This document shows, piece after piece, positions 27,045 through 36,062 of a stretch of DNA of 64,000 bases. The translations under genes were made by a program, and so were the position numbers. The notes below the pieces were generated by a model, which saw only the letters and a list, made by a program, of their open reading frames with translations, ran no database searches and was not told the DNA's origin. Source of the DNA: an uncultured virus (IMG/VR IMGVR_UViG_3300020044_003647) (taxonomy: Duplodnaviria; Heunggongvirae; Uroviricota; Caudoviricetes). The stretch is taken from the IMG/VR virus record IMGVR_UViG_3300020044_003647, one strand, 5' to 3'. Within the stretch, counting starts at the first letter, position 1. Every line of letters begins with the position of its first letter.

Positions 27045-27398
27045 TTATTTTCGTTCATTTTCTAAATTTTGTTGTTCTCTAATATTTTTAATTTCCCTCT
27101 GGAGGTAGTCAACTGCTTTCTCTAAATCGTGTAACTCGTTTTGTTTTTTTCCAGCGCGACAAATGTATTTTAGCACATTAAAGCGGAAAAAATTAAGGTT
27201 GTAATGTGTTCCGACATCGATAAGATCGTAATCGTGTCCAGAGGTGTAGTGTAGTGGTGTCATTGTTTCTTTTTTAAAAATTTCTAATAATTCGTGATAT
27301 AAATAAGTTTCATCAAATTTTGACTTTGCATAAAGAATTTCATTTTTAAAATTTCTATTCCTGTAAGGGTAACTATCTAAAAAATTTTTAAAATTCAT
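27045..27398 (-). CDS. DUF3310-like protein
   Basis: PLHY...FFRFNVLKYICRAGKK..DLEKA..YL motif. Confidence 0.7.
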   Translation of the reverse strand: MNFKNFLDSYPYRNRNFKNEILYAKSKFDETYLYHELLEIFKKETMTPLHYTSGHDYDLIDVGTHYNLNFFRFNVLKYICRAGKKQNELHDLEKAVDYLQREIKNIREQQNLENERK

Positions 27399-27482
27399 TT
27401 TTTATCTAATTATTGGCACTTTTTTAAATTTGATGCCGTTTTATAGGTTTATTACTTTTACTTGTATTAAAAACCCCATTTT

Positions 27483-28647
27483 TTAGGGTTTATCTTGTTG
27501 TGAAAGGTTAAATGTTTCGTTGTAGTATTGTTCTCCGCAATTTATTTCACAGTTTTCATTATATTTACCATAATAATTACCATTATCAAATCCATTATCC
27601 CAAGATTCAAAAATCTGTTGCTTTTCCATTTCCTTGGCTTTGTCAGTTACTGATAACCTTTCAATATCTATATCGTATCTTGTTTTTAATTGTTCAACTA
27701 ACCATTCTACTGCTGTCATCTTATTTCTTTTTAAATTTATTAAACCATTCTGTCAAAGTCATTCTTTTACCATATCCATTAAAGTATTCAGTATGTTTAA
27801 ATAAAATATCTAACACTTCTTCCTCACTATAACTTCTTTCTTGTTGCCATTTAGCACCTTCTCTAAATCCAATCAAATGTGAAGTGTTATTCAACTCTCT
27901 ACTTAACGCATAATTATGCGAAGCTTCTTCAAGTGTTTCTTGTTTCATCTTATTTCTTTTTCAAACTCATTAATATTGTTGCTCTCTGACTGGCGCAGCT
28001 TAATTTGTGATTATACTGATCTTGCCCGCAGTATTTACATTTATTATTGTGCCAAAATAAATCGCAGTTGTACGCATCCGCCTCTCTGTTGGTATTAATC
28101 CAACTTTGCCGAAATTCATCAACTGGCGCAGTAAACCGATAACAAATTGTTTTTGATGGGCAAAGATTATCGTTACATTTTGATATATCCATAAGTTATA
28201 AATTTTGAATTTCTAATTTAACCTCAATATAAAAATCGTAGATTTCATTTTTTGCATAAAAAGCCGCTTTTAAAACTTCATTAACTGCAATAATTGCGCA
28301 TCTTTTCTGAGCGGCTTCTAAAAAATAAGTATCGCACTCCATTAAGTCATCTTCAAAACTATCTATTAAATCTATTGCTTTTTCTTTAGGTGTCATAAAT
28401 TATCTAATATTTTACGAGTTGCCTCGTGGTTAAACTTCTGCACAAAATTATCATTATAATCAAATTCAAATCCAAATAGGCTATTGTCGTCGGTGTAAAT
28501 AAAAAAATAGTACCAATGCCAATGCTCAACTTTATTAATCCATTTACTAGCAACTTGTAAATTTTTACCAATACTTAACAACCTATAAGGTCTGCCTAAC
28601 TTTGAAAGTTTTGGCGTGATTGATAAATTTAATTCAGATGGTTTCAT
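27483..28647 (-). CDS. Cluster of small accessory genes (27483-27719, 27721-27948, 27950-28192, 28196-28396, 28393-28647)
   Basis: Tightly packed ORFs with N-termini MTAVEWL, MKQETLEEA and MTPKEKA, typical of Bacteroidota phage accessory genes. Confidence 0.7.
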
Positions 28648-28838
28648 CGTGTGTAAACTTCTCGAATTTCGTAATTTTCGTAACCTTTCAACTCCGCTCT
28701 TAATTTAGCGTGTTCCTCTGTTCTGTAATAATTTTCAGAGTGTTGGTTCTCTTGTGTCCAGATGTAATATTGCTTTGTCATAATGTTATATTTTAATGTT
28801 TCAACAAAGATTAAAAGAATTTTTTAATTGAACTAATT

Positions 28839-29396
28839 TTATTTTGATTTTAACACTTCCTTGCATTTAATATCGTACTGTAATTTTTTGGCTATCAACT
28901 GCTCACGTGTGAATTTTAGTTGTCTTGTGTCGTTTGCTAGTTGTTCAATATCATTTGCGTAATCAACTCCATACCTATCAATTAAACCTAGTCTATAATT
29001 TAATTCGTTGCCATTTAAAAAGCGGTTGCACTTGCGGCATTGTTTGTGGCAATTCATTTCGTTGAATATAACGCCTGAATATATCTCGGCTTTTTTATAG
29101 TGTCCGCCATCCCATAACTCGGTGGTTTTTACTCCGCAGGATATGCAAGGTAATTCAGCATCACGCAACCTAATAAACTTCTGAAATGATTTTTTAGCCT
29201 CTGCCTCTAATTGCGTTAACGTTTTTAAAGCCGTTTTAAGGCTTTGTTTTTCCTTTTGCCACACTTTACTCGCATTTACTTTTACTTTTGCTCTAGCGTA
29301 TTGTATTGAAGCGTCAACGCATTTTTCATCGTTGCAATGCTTTTGTAAAAAACGAGTTGGTGTAAATTTCTGTTTGCAGTTTAGGCATCTAGGCAT
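28839..29396 (-). CDS. NinG/Rap-like endonuclease
   Basis: FIRLRD..PCISCG..DGGHY..NCHKQC.KCN..L.GN motifs. Confidence 0.85.
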   Translation of the reverse strand: MPRCLNCKQKFTPTRFLQKHCNDEKCVDASIQYARAKVKVNASKVWQKEKQSLKTALKTLTQLEAEAKKSFQKFIRLRDAELPCISCGVKTTELWDGGHYKKAEIYSGVIFNEMNCHKQCRKCNRFLNGNELNYRLGLIDRYGVDYANDIEQLANDTRQLKFTREQLIAKKLQYDIKCKEVLKSK

Positions 29397-29397
29397 A

Positions 29398-30228
29398 TTA
29401 TTCTATTAAGTAAGGCAATCCGTTTTTATTAATATCAAAAGCAAAAGAATTAAAGTGATATCCACGTGAGTAGGGATTTGTAACTGTAACGCTACGATCT
29501 GAATTAACATCTAAATTTATAACCGTTTCAGCTTTTTTTAGTACATAAGTTCCTAAATGTCCCAAAGGTTTGCCAGTACTTGCCGCTTTGTGTATAATTG
29601 CTATCACGTGAATATTATAATCATTTGTCCATTTTAAAATAAAATCACTCGCTTGTTTGCTTAAAATAATATCGTTTGTGTTTTCTACTAAATCCGCTAT
29701 TCCATCAATAGCAATCAGCTTGACTTCTTTTTTGTATAGAGTTTTTTGGTTTGTTAAACAGTAATCAATAAGTCCTAACCTTTCAGCAGATGATAAACTA
29801 CGGGTTGCATAACCTTTGTAATGCTCATAAACTGCTCCGCTAATATCCTGCACTCGCCTAAAAGTTCTTTGCGTGTAGTATTTGCCTTGCTCGGTGTCAA
29901 AATCCAGTATTTGATATTCTTTATCTCGGTGGCTTTTTATGTTTGGGAATAGTGTAGTAGCATTTCCACCAATGTAGCAACCTATCAATCCCGATTTTAA
30001 AAAAGATTTCTTTGCTTTTGATTCTGCAACTATTGCGGAGAACTCTCCAGCAGTCATAATTGGCGTATCGTAAAAATTTCCTTTATATTCGTGCTGGCCG
30101 ATTGAAAGTAAAATTTCTGGTTTTGGCATCTCTAAAGATAAATCAACAAAGCAATCATTCTCTAGTTGGCCAAAATTAAATTCAACTGGTGCATCTTGCA
30201 GGAGATCATCAAAATTTATATCATTCAT
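29398..30228 (-). CDS. RecA-like / AAA P-loop ATPase (putative replicative helicase)
   Basis: AESKAKKS Walker A variant, FDTEQG, IDGIADL and GHLGT motifs. Confidence 0.65.
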   Translation of the reverse strand: MNDINFDDLLQDAPVEFNFGQLENDCFVDLSLEMPKPEILLSIGQHEYKGNFYDTPIMTAGEFSAIVAESKAKKSFLKSGLIGCYIGGNATTLFPNIKSHRDKEYQILDFDTEQGKYYTQRTFRRVQDISGAVYEHYKGYATRSLSSAERLGLIDYCLTNQKTLYKKEVKLIAIDGIADLVENTNDIILSKQASDFILKWTNDYNIHVIAIIHKAASTGKPLGHLGTYVLKKAETVINLDVNSDRSVTVTNPYSRGYHFNSFAFDINKNGLPYLIE

Positions 30229-30718
30229 AGTAATTCATATTTTTAATTATTTGATTTGCGGTTTTGTAAAATGATTTTTCAACTTGCTCAAAACTCCAAT
30301 CCTTTATAAACTTTTTAGCGATTTCCTTTTGTTGCTTAATTATTATATCATCGTTGTTTTTAGCATCTAATTTCGAATGGATAAAATTAACATTTATTCC
30401 TATTGATTTTAAATAAGAATCAAATTCAACGTGATTTAAAGTTGTATGAAATATTTGAGAATGATAGTTCAAAGGTCTTTTTAGTTCATCATCAATTTTT
30501 TTTAATGCTACTTCCATAGATCCGTAATGCTCTAAATTTTGCCTCAACTGGATTGAAAGTAATTTAGCGAATAGTAAATTATCGTTTGCAATACTTTTAT
30601 CCTGCTCATCGATGCTATTTGAAATTAACTTTAGTGCATTAACATCCTCTTGATAAACTTTGCTTCGCTTAAACACGTTGTAAATGCGTTTAATGGCGTT
30701 ATCTTCTTTCCAACTCAT
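30221..30718 (-). CDS. Hypothetical replication-module protein
   Basis: Lies between initiator and ATPase; homologue at the window start. Confidence 0.7.
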   Translation of the reverse strand: MSWKEDNAIKRIYNVFKRSKVYQEDVNALKLISNSIDEQDKSIANDNLLFAKLLSIQLRQNLEHYGSMEVALKKIDDELKRPLNYHSQIFHTTLNHVEFDSYLKSIGINVNFIHSKLDAKNNDDIIIKQQKEIAKKFIKDWSFEQVEKSFYKTANQIIKNMNYYE

Positions 30719-31308
30719 ATTCTTAAAGGTATGTGGTTATCTTTTGGCTTTTGTTCCTTTTCGATGTATGATAGTGTTTGTAGCAAAGCGGATTTCCAAT
30801 TTTTAATTGGCTTATCATTTCCGTTTTTCCAACCATTAACAACCCACGCATCGTATTTGTGTTTTAATGCGGAGATTTTTACGCTTGGTTCTTTTTCTTT
30901 ACCGTAGGCTAAAAATAAATCCCAAGTTGGTATATTAATATCTTTAGATATTACATTAACATTAACATTAACATTATCATTAACAGTTGAAACCGTTGCA
31001 ACGGAATCAACGTTCGTTAACGTTCGTTGACTTTCGTTGACTTTCGTTGACTTTCGTTGCTCTGCGGATTTTTTACCTGCTTCACTCCATTGCTCACGCT
31101 TCTTTTCGTACTTAACTAAATCCCTTTTTAATTGCATCTTAATTGGCTCAAAAGCAATGTTTAAAAGCAATTCATCTGTTGTTGGATTTTCATCGTTTAC
31201 ATAAGCGTAAATATGCTTTAATAACCTACCTGCAACATCGTCTGGTAGTTGGTTTACTAAACCTTGACTGTCTGAATACAGTACAAATGATTTTTTATTT
31301 TCAGCCAT
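30715..31308 (-). CDS. Putative replication initiator (DUF6291-like N-terminus)
   Basis: KKSFVLY..GRLLKHIYAY N-terminus and NVNVNVN linker; C-terminus shared with 190..846. Confidence 0.7.
   Translation of the reverse strand: MAENKKSFVLYSDSQGLVNQLPDDVAGRLLKHIYAYVNDENPTTDELLLNIAFEPIKMQLKRDLVKYEKKREQWSEAGKKSAEQRKSTKVNESQRTLTNVDSVATVSTVNDNVNVNVNVISKDINIPTWDLFLAYGKEKEPSVKISALKHKYDAWVVNGWKNGNDKPIKNWKSALLQTLSYIEKEQKPKDNHIPLRI
31011..31060. repeat. Five tandem 10-bp repeats (C[G/T]TTCGTT..); candidate origin iterons
   Basis: cgttcgttaa cgttcgttga ctttcgttga ctttcgttga ctttcgttgc, inside the initiator gene. Confidence 0.65.
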
Positions 31309-31327
31309 AGTTAATAGTTTAAACAGA

Positions 31328-31429
31328 AAACTCCCATAAATCCAACCCGTCTCACTTGGTTTTCATTATAGGAGTTTATGTAATTCCTTTGCGTTGGTAT
31401 GTTGTGAGACGCCAACCGATAGCAAATAT
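31328..31429 (-). ncRNA. Promoter plus kissing-loop leader RNA (type 1, variant loops)
   Basis: Loops CGUCUCAC / GUGAGACG; inner stem AACC/GGUU. Confidence 0.7.
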
Positions 31430-31448
31430 AAAAATAAATTCTAAATAA

Positions 31449-31889
31449 TCAATCTAAATTCAATAAAATTTCCTCATTAGGATTTGGGATATCAACTCCT
31501 AAAAATTCTGCGCTCCATTTTTGAACTTCCATCACGTACTCCATAAACTGGACCGTACTCATTTCGCTAGAACTAATTTTCTCCGATAGCACTTGGCCAG
31601 TATCAATATTTACAATCTCATTACTTGGAGCAAACAACGGTAGCAATATTCCGTAATGAATAGAATCTGCGCTCCTGAACTCGCCCGTAGCATCTTTTAA
31701 ACCACTTTGTACAATCGGAATAACAACGCCCCAATAAAATGCGTTTTGATTGTTAGAACGGCTCTTTTTAAGTTTCTCAATGGTAATAACAATGTTTTTA
31801 CCCTCAAAATCTGCAATCGCTTGTTTAACTTGCTCTCGATTGCGTTTAAGATTTCCGTTCTCTACGCTGGAAATTATTTTATGTTTCAT
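31449..31889 (-). CDS. NinB/YbcN-like protein (start revised to 31889)
   Basis: Near-identical to 1228..1668. Confidence 0.55.
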   Translation of the reverse strand: MKHKIISSVENGNLKRNREQVKQAIADFEGKNIVITIEKLKKSRSNNQNAFYWGVVIPIVQSGLKDATGEFRSADSIHYGILLPLFAPSNEIVNIDTGQVLSEKISSSEMSTVQFMEYVMEVQKWSAEFLGVDIPNPNEEILLNLD

Positions 31890-32349
31890 TAATATAAAGC
31901 AATTTATAGCCATTACATAAATTCCATTCTTTATTTAATACACGATAAACAGCAGCAACATCCCTTTGAACAAATTTAGCGCAATCTCTTAAAGATTTGT
32001 GATTTGTAATTACATCATTTTTTATAGAAACTATTTTTTTATTAGTAACATTTTTGTTTTTAAAATTTGACATTGATGGATTTTGTAAATATGCTTTTTT
32101 TGAATTTTCAGAGTAGCTTAACCATTGTAAATTTGAAATACTATTATCATTTTTATTTCCGTTAATATGATCAACTATTGGTTTATTTTCTTTATTGTCA
32201 ATATATTTCATAGCAATAAGTCTATGAAGTCTGTACACGTTTCCGTCGATTATAACTCTATTATATCCTTGACTGTTTTTTGAAACTTTTAAAACGTTTG
32301 TATTGTAATAAAAATTATCATCTTTAATTTCAAATAAATCTATATTCAT
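31879..32349 (-). CDS. Free-standing HNH homing endonuclease, copy B only
   Basis: LHRLIA..VDHINGNKNDNSISNLQW..EN, plus a NUMOD1-like C-terminus; very AT-rich. Confidence 0.85.
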   Translation of the reverse strand: MNIDLFEIKDDNFYYNTNVLKVSKNSQGYNRVIIDGNVYRLHRLIAMKYIDNKENKPIVDHINGNKNDNSISNLQWLSYSENSKKAYLQNPSMSNFKNKNVTNKKIVSIKNDVITNHKSLRDCAKFVQRDVAAVYRVLNKEWNLCNGYKLLYINET

Positions 32350-32405
32350 TATATTTTTAAATTAAGTTTATAAATTACGCCCCGAATTAACGAGGCGTTT
32401 TTTAA

Positions 32406-32693
32406 TTAGAATGGTAAGTCATCTGTTTCCGGTACATCTGCAACTGCTATTGGAGTATCAATAGGAGTTGATTCCTTCATATTTCCAAAATAAAACTTGT
32501 CCTCTTTTGCTGCTCCTTTAAAGTTTGATTGAAAAGAAGCTACATTTCCAAATTTATCAACTTCATCATTAACGTACATACGCACGTTTAAATAGATTTT
32601 TCCGTTTTCGGATTTTGAGAAAGCCTTGTTTCCCGATTTTGCCTGCTCAATTAATTTACTAAAATCGATTGAACCATAATAAGACTGCGCCAT
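32406..32693 (-). CDS. Putative SSB
   Basis: Homologue of 1708..1995. Confidence 0.6.
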   Translation of the reverse strand: MAQSYYGSIDFSKLIEQAKSGNKAFSKSENGKIYLNVRMYVNDEVDKFGNVASFQSNFKGAAKEDKFYFGNMKESTPIDTPIAVADVPETDDLPF

Positions 32694-32702
32694 AAAAAAA
32701 AA

Positions 32703-33197
32703 TTAAAGATTAATAAAAATAGTTTCCTGTTGTTGTGTTATTGTGTATTTGGTTTTGACTTGATCCAATGAAAAGCCACCATCCTTTGCCTTTTTAAGTA
32801 TTTCAGTTGTAGCGTTTGGCTTTGGCTCTACTGCCTTTTGCCCATCATCATCATCTGCGCCCACGCAAACGAACGATTGAAGCGAATATCTGCGAGCGTA
32901 ACTTATTCCGGATCCCTGCGCTTGTGCATCGTTTATTTTGTTGTAAACTATTTCAGTTAATGATTCTAGCATTTCTCCGCTATCGTGCAGTAAAATAGTC
33001 TTTACAAAGTTTTTACCATCTACGTGAACAATCGGCTGCAATACACTAATACCGTTTGCGTTTAGTGTTGGAATAACTGCCTCACGAATTGCGTTTAAAT
33101 CTGCGTACTTCTTTTTAAAGAAAGGATTTTCAGCTTGTTTTTTTGGGTTGCTCATTTCTGACTGTGCTTTTAATAAAGCGGTTGCAATGTTTTTCAT
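32703..33197 (-). CDS. ERF-family recombinase
   Basis: Near-identical to 2006..2500. Confidence 0.85.
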   Translation of the reverse strand: MKNIATALLKAQSEMSNPKKQAENPFFKKKYADLNAIREAVIPTLNANGISVLQPIVHVDGKNFVKTILLHDSGEMLESLTEIVYNKINDAQAQGSGISYARRYSLQSFVCVGADDDDGQKAVEPKPNATTEILKKAKDGGFSLDQVKTKYTITQQQETIFINL

Positions 33198-33225
33198 AAG
33201 ATAAGATATTTAATTAATTATTGAT

Positions 33226-33669
33226 TTAAAATGATATAGCCATACTACTTTTTCGTGGCGTTGTTGATACTTTAGGCACTTGAACTCCTGCCGCATCGTA
33301 AATCTCGTTTTGCGATTTTAAAGCTAGTTTAAGAAGTTCCTCACGTTCTTTAAGTTCTCGGTTGATTTCGCTCCAAACTTCGCAATCTTTGTAGTTAATC
33401 GTTTCGCCACCGCTTCGGAATGTTCCTTTTAGTCCGTAACCCTCGAAGTTCTCTTGTGGGAGTACTTTTATAAGTTCTGCATTAATAACATCTAACGCTT
33501 CGCCCATTCTTTTGGCTTGTGCTAGTAGTTCAATTTTGTCTATCTCTCCAGCATCTAACACTTCTTTAATAAATGTTTTTGCAGATAGCTGGATCTCTAG
33601 CTTGTTTGGTAAAAAGTTTTGCGTGTCAATCTCTTGTTGTCGCATTAACTGGAATAAATCTTTACTCAT
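33226..33669 (-). CDS. Conserved phage hypothetical protein
   Basis: Homologue of 2530..2973. Confidence 0.75.
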   Translation of the reverse strand: MSKDLFQLMRQQEIDTQNFLPNKLEIQLSAKTFIKEVLDAGEIDKIELLAQAKRMGEALDVINAELIKVLPQENFEGYGLKGTFRSGGETINYKDCEVWSEINRELKEREELLKLALKSQNEIYDAAGVQVPKVSTTPRKSSMAISF

Positions 33670-33687
33670 AATGTATTAAATTAAAAA

Positions 33688-33779
33688 ATCCTAACTTAAA
33701 TCCTATTGGTCAGAATAGGCAAAGTCAGGATAGATTATAGTTTTGTTTCAATCTCTGACCAGATTGTTTTGCAAAGATA
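33688..33779 (-). ncRNA. Promoter plus kissing-loop leader RNA (type 2)
   Basis: TATCTTTG box; same loops as 2991..3083; outer-stem changes keep pairing. Confidence 0.7.
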
Positions 33780-35963
33780 TTAAAATAAAGTTAATGTACT
33801 ATTTTTTTCTTCAACAAATGCTTTGTGATTATTTTCATTTATCTTAAAATAACTTTCTTTTAATTCAATAGATATGCTTTTACGATTCATTTTTATAGCA
33901 CTACAACCTTCTGAACCAATACCACCAAACGGACTTAAAACCGTTTCGCCCTCATTTGAGTATAAATGTAATATTCTTTCAATAGTATCTAACTGTAAAG
34001 GACAAATATGCTTTTCATCATTACCATCACGCCCAGATCTATATTGTAATGTTCTTGAATAATCTATATCATACCAAACTGGAGATGCGTATTTTTGCCA
34101 CAAATCAACTGGTAAATAATCTAATTTAGAACTGTCTTTATCTTGGTGTGTTATTGGTGTTTCATTATCGCCATCATTTCTAAAAAACAAAACATAATCA
34201 GGGATTCCTACTCGGCTCATTATACTATCTTTTTTTATAGTTTTATGAAGCAATCCTAATGCTTTTGTTCTTTGCATTTCCGTAACTGGATTTTTCCATA
34301 AAGTAACTTTTGAATGATAAATAAAACCTTCCTTTTGAAACCAGTCAATTAACATTCCAGAAAAATCACGCAATCCAATATATCCTTCTTTGCCTTTTTG
34401 TATTGGTAAATCCATACAATGAATAGCGCACATACGACCGCTTTTTAGCGTTCTTTTTAATTCAGGTATAAGGAATTTAAAATGACTCTCAAATTCTTTA
34501 TAATTAGACACGTTGCCCATATCCTCTTCTTTATCTGAATAAACATACAACTCCGCAAATGGTGGCGAAAATATAACTATATCCGCACAGTTATCAGCTA
34601 GTTTAGCAGTTTCTTGAACACAATCTCCGTTTATTAAATGATATTGATCTGTTTTAATTTCTTTATTCATAATTTTTACTTTTGATTTTGATTTTTTATA
34701 ATTAGTTTCTGCGCTATATCTAGACATTTCTTTAATGCGCTCAAAATGTTGTTTTTCTTTTTCTAATATTGTATTTCTAACATTAACTTGAGATTCAGGA
34801 ATAAGGATATGAACTGTTACTTTATTCTTTTGACCAAATCTATAACAACGTCTTACCGCTTGATAAAATGCCTCAAATTTAAAATCATAAGACATAAATA
34901 CCATTTGATTGCATTGTTGGTAATTCATACCAAATGAAGCTATTGAAGTCTTTGTAATTAATGTTTTAAATTGATTATTTGCAAATCCATTTAAATACTT
35001 CGCTTTATATTCTGGATTGTCAGAACCTTGCACATTTACGCTATTTTCAAGTAATTTTGATAAAGTGTCTGTTTCTTGATTCTTTAAACCCCAAACAATC
35101 CATTGATTCTCGTTTGAATTAACAAGTTCTAAGGTCTTTTCAATTCTTAAATCAAAAGACCTATTTAAATCTTTATGTAATTCAGTAGCTGAAACTGCAA
35201 CATCTCCAAATAGATTTTCGCTTAAATTATCTACTTTTATAATATGCTCAATATATTCTATTTCTGGCAAATTATATCCATCACTACAAAAACCTAAACT
35301 AGATGGATTGTCAATAGCCATAGACCATCCAGACACATATTTCCAAAAGTTATCTTGAGCGTGTTTTCTTAATCTCCATTTTGAAGTTTCCCCTCCATCG
35401 TGAACAAAAAACATTGCTAACATTTCTAAATAAGACATACCTCCTAAAAACTCGGAATGTTGACCTAATTCCATGTGATCGTTTGGAGATGGTGTAGCGG
35501 TACAAGCTAATTTATAAGGAGTGTTTTTAAATGTTTGTAAAATTAAAGATGAAAGTTTACCATCTCTGCCTTTTAAAATACTAGATTCATCTAAAACAAC
35601 TCCAGAATAAATGCTACAATCTATATTTTTTAGTTGATCATAATTTGTAATGTCAAAGTAATTTAAGTCAATGCCAAACTTTATAGCTTCATTTTTTGTT
35701 TGCTCTACTATTGCCAAAGGCGCAAGTATTAAAACTTTTTTATTTGTTTTTAAATATACTTGTTTTGCCCATTCTAATTGTGAGAATGTTTTACCTAAAC
35801 CGCAATCAAAAAAGAATGCGAATTTACCCTTAAATAAAGCAGTTTTAATACCATACTTTTGAAAGTCTTTTAGTAATGGATTTAATTCTGTTTCTGAAAT
35901 TTCAAAACCACTTTCTGTAAAAGTTTTACGTTTTGTTTCTAAGAACTTTTGATATTCTGTCAT
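33780..35963 (-). CDS. SNF2-like helicase fused to N4-C/N6-A DNA methyltransferase, copy B only
   Basis: DCGLGKT, DESS, TATP and QAVRRCYRFGQ; then FSPPF (motif IV) and LSPFGGIGS (motif I). Start revised to MTEYQ. Confidence 0.85.
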   Translation of the reverse strand: MTEYQKFLETKRKTFTESGFEISETELNPLLKDFQKYGIKTALFKGKFAFFFDCGLGKTFSQLEWAKQVYLKTNKKVLILAPLAIVEQTKNEAIKFGIDLNYFDITNYDQLKNIDCSIYSGVVLDESSILKGRDGKLSSLILQTFKNTPYKLACTATPSPNDHMELGQHSEFLGGMSYLEMLAMFFVHDGGETSKWRLRKHAQDNFWKYVSGWSMAIDNPSSLGFCSDGYNLPEIEYIEHIIKVDNLSENLFGDVAVSATELHKDLNRSFDLRIEKTLELVNSNENQWIVWGLKNQETDTLSKLLENSVNVQGSDNPEYKAKYLNGFANNQFKTLITKTSIASFGMNYQQCNQMVFMSYDFKFEAFYQAVRRCYRFGQKNKVTVHILIPESQVNVRNTILEKEKQHFERIKEMSRYSAETNYKKSKSKVKIMNKEIKTDQYHLINGDCVQETAKLADNCADIVIFSPPFAELYVYSDKEEDMGNVSNYKEFESHFKFLIPELKRTLKSGRMCAIHCMDLPIQKGKEGYIGLRDFSGMLIDWFQKEGFIYHSKVTLWKNPVTEMQRTKALGLLHKTIKKDSIMSRVGIPDYVLFFRNDGDNETPITHQDKDSSKLDYLPVDLWQKYASPVWYDIDYSRTLQYRSGRDGNDEKHICPLQLDTIERILHLYSNEGETVLSPFGGIGSEGCSAIKMNRKSISIELKESYFKINENNHKAFVEEKNSTLTLF

Positions 35964-35979
35964 TATATTAAAATTAAAA

Positions 35980-36057
35980 AACCCACTCAATGACCGCCAA
36001 GTACAAAGAGTGAGTTAGTTATAAATTCAATCTTGGCGGATTTCTTTTGCAATAATA
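35980..36057 (-). ncRNA. Kissing-loop leader RNA (type 3) upstream of the helicase-MTase gene
   Basis: AAUC-CGCCAA-GAUU; AACUCACUC..CUUGGCGG..GAGUGGGUU and a U-run. Promoter box is imperfect (TATTATTG). Confidence 0.6.
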
Positions 36058-36062
36058 GTAAT

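Larger units (their letters stand above)
1..30525 (-). mobile_element. Tailed phage genome copy A (Bacteroidota/Flavobacterium-like); boundary set only by the homology period
   Basis: Contains terminase, portal, capsid, tail, lysis and replication genes, plus TAnnTTTG Bacteroidota promoter boxes. Sequence at position 1 recurs in diverged form at ~30,526. Confidence 0.85.
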
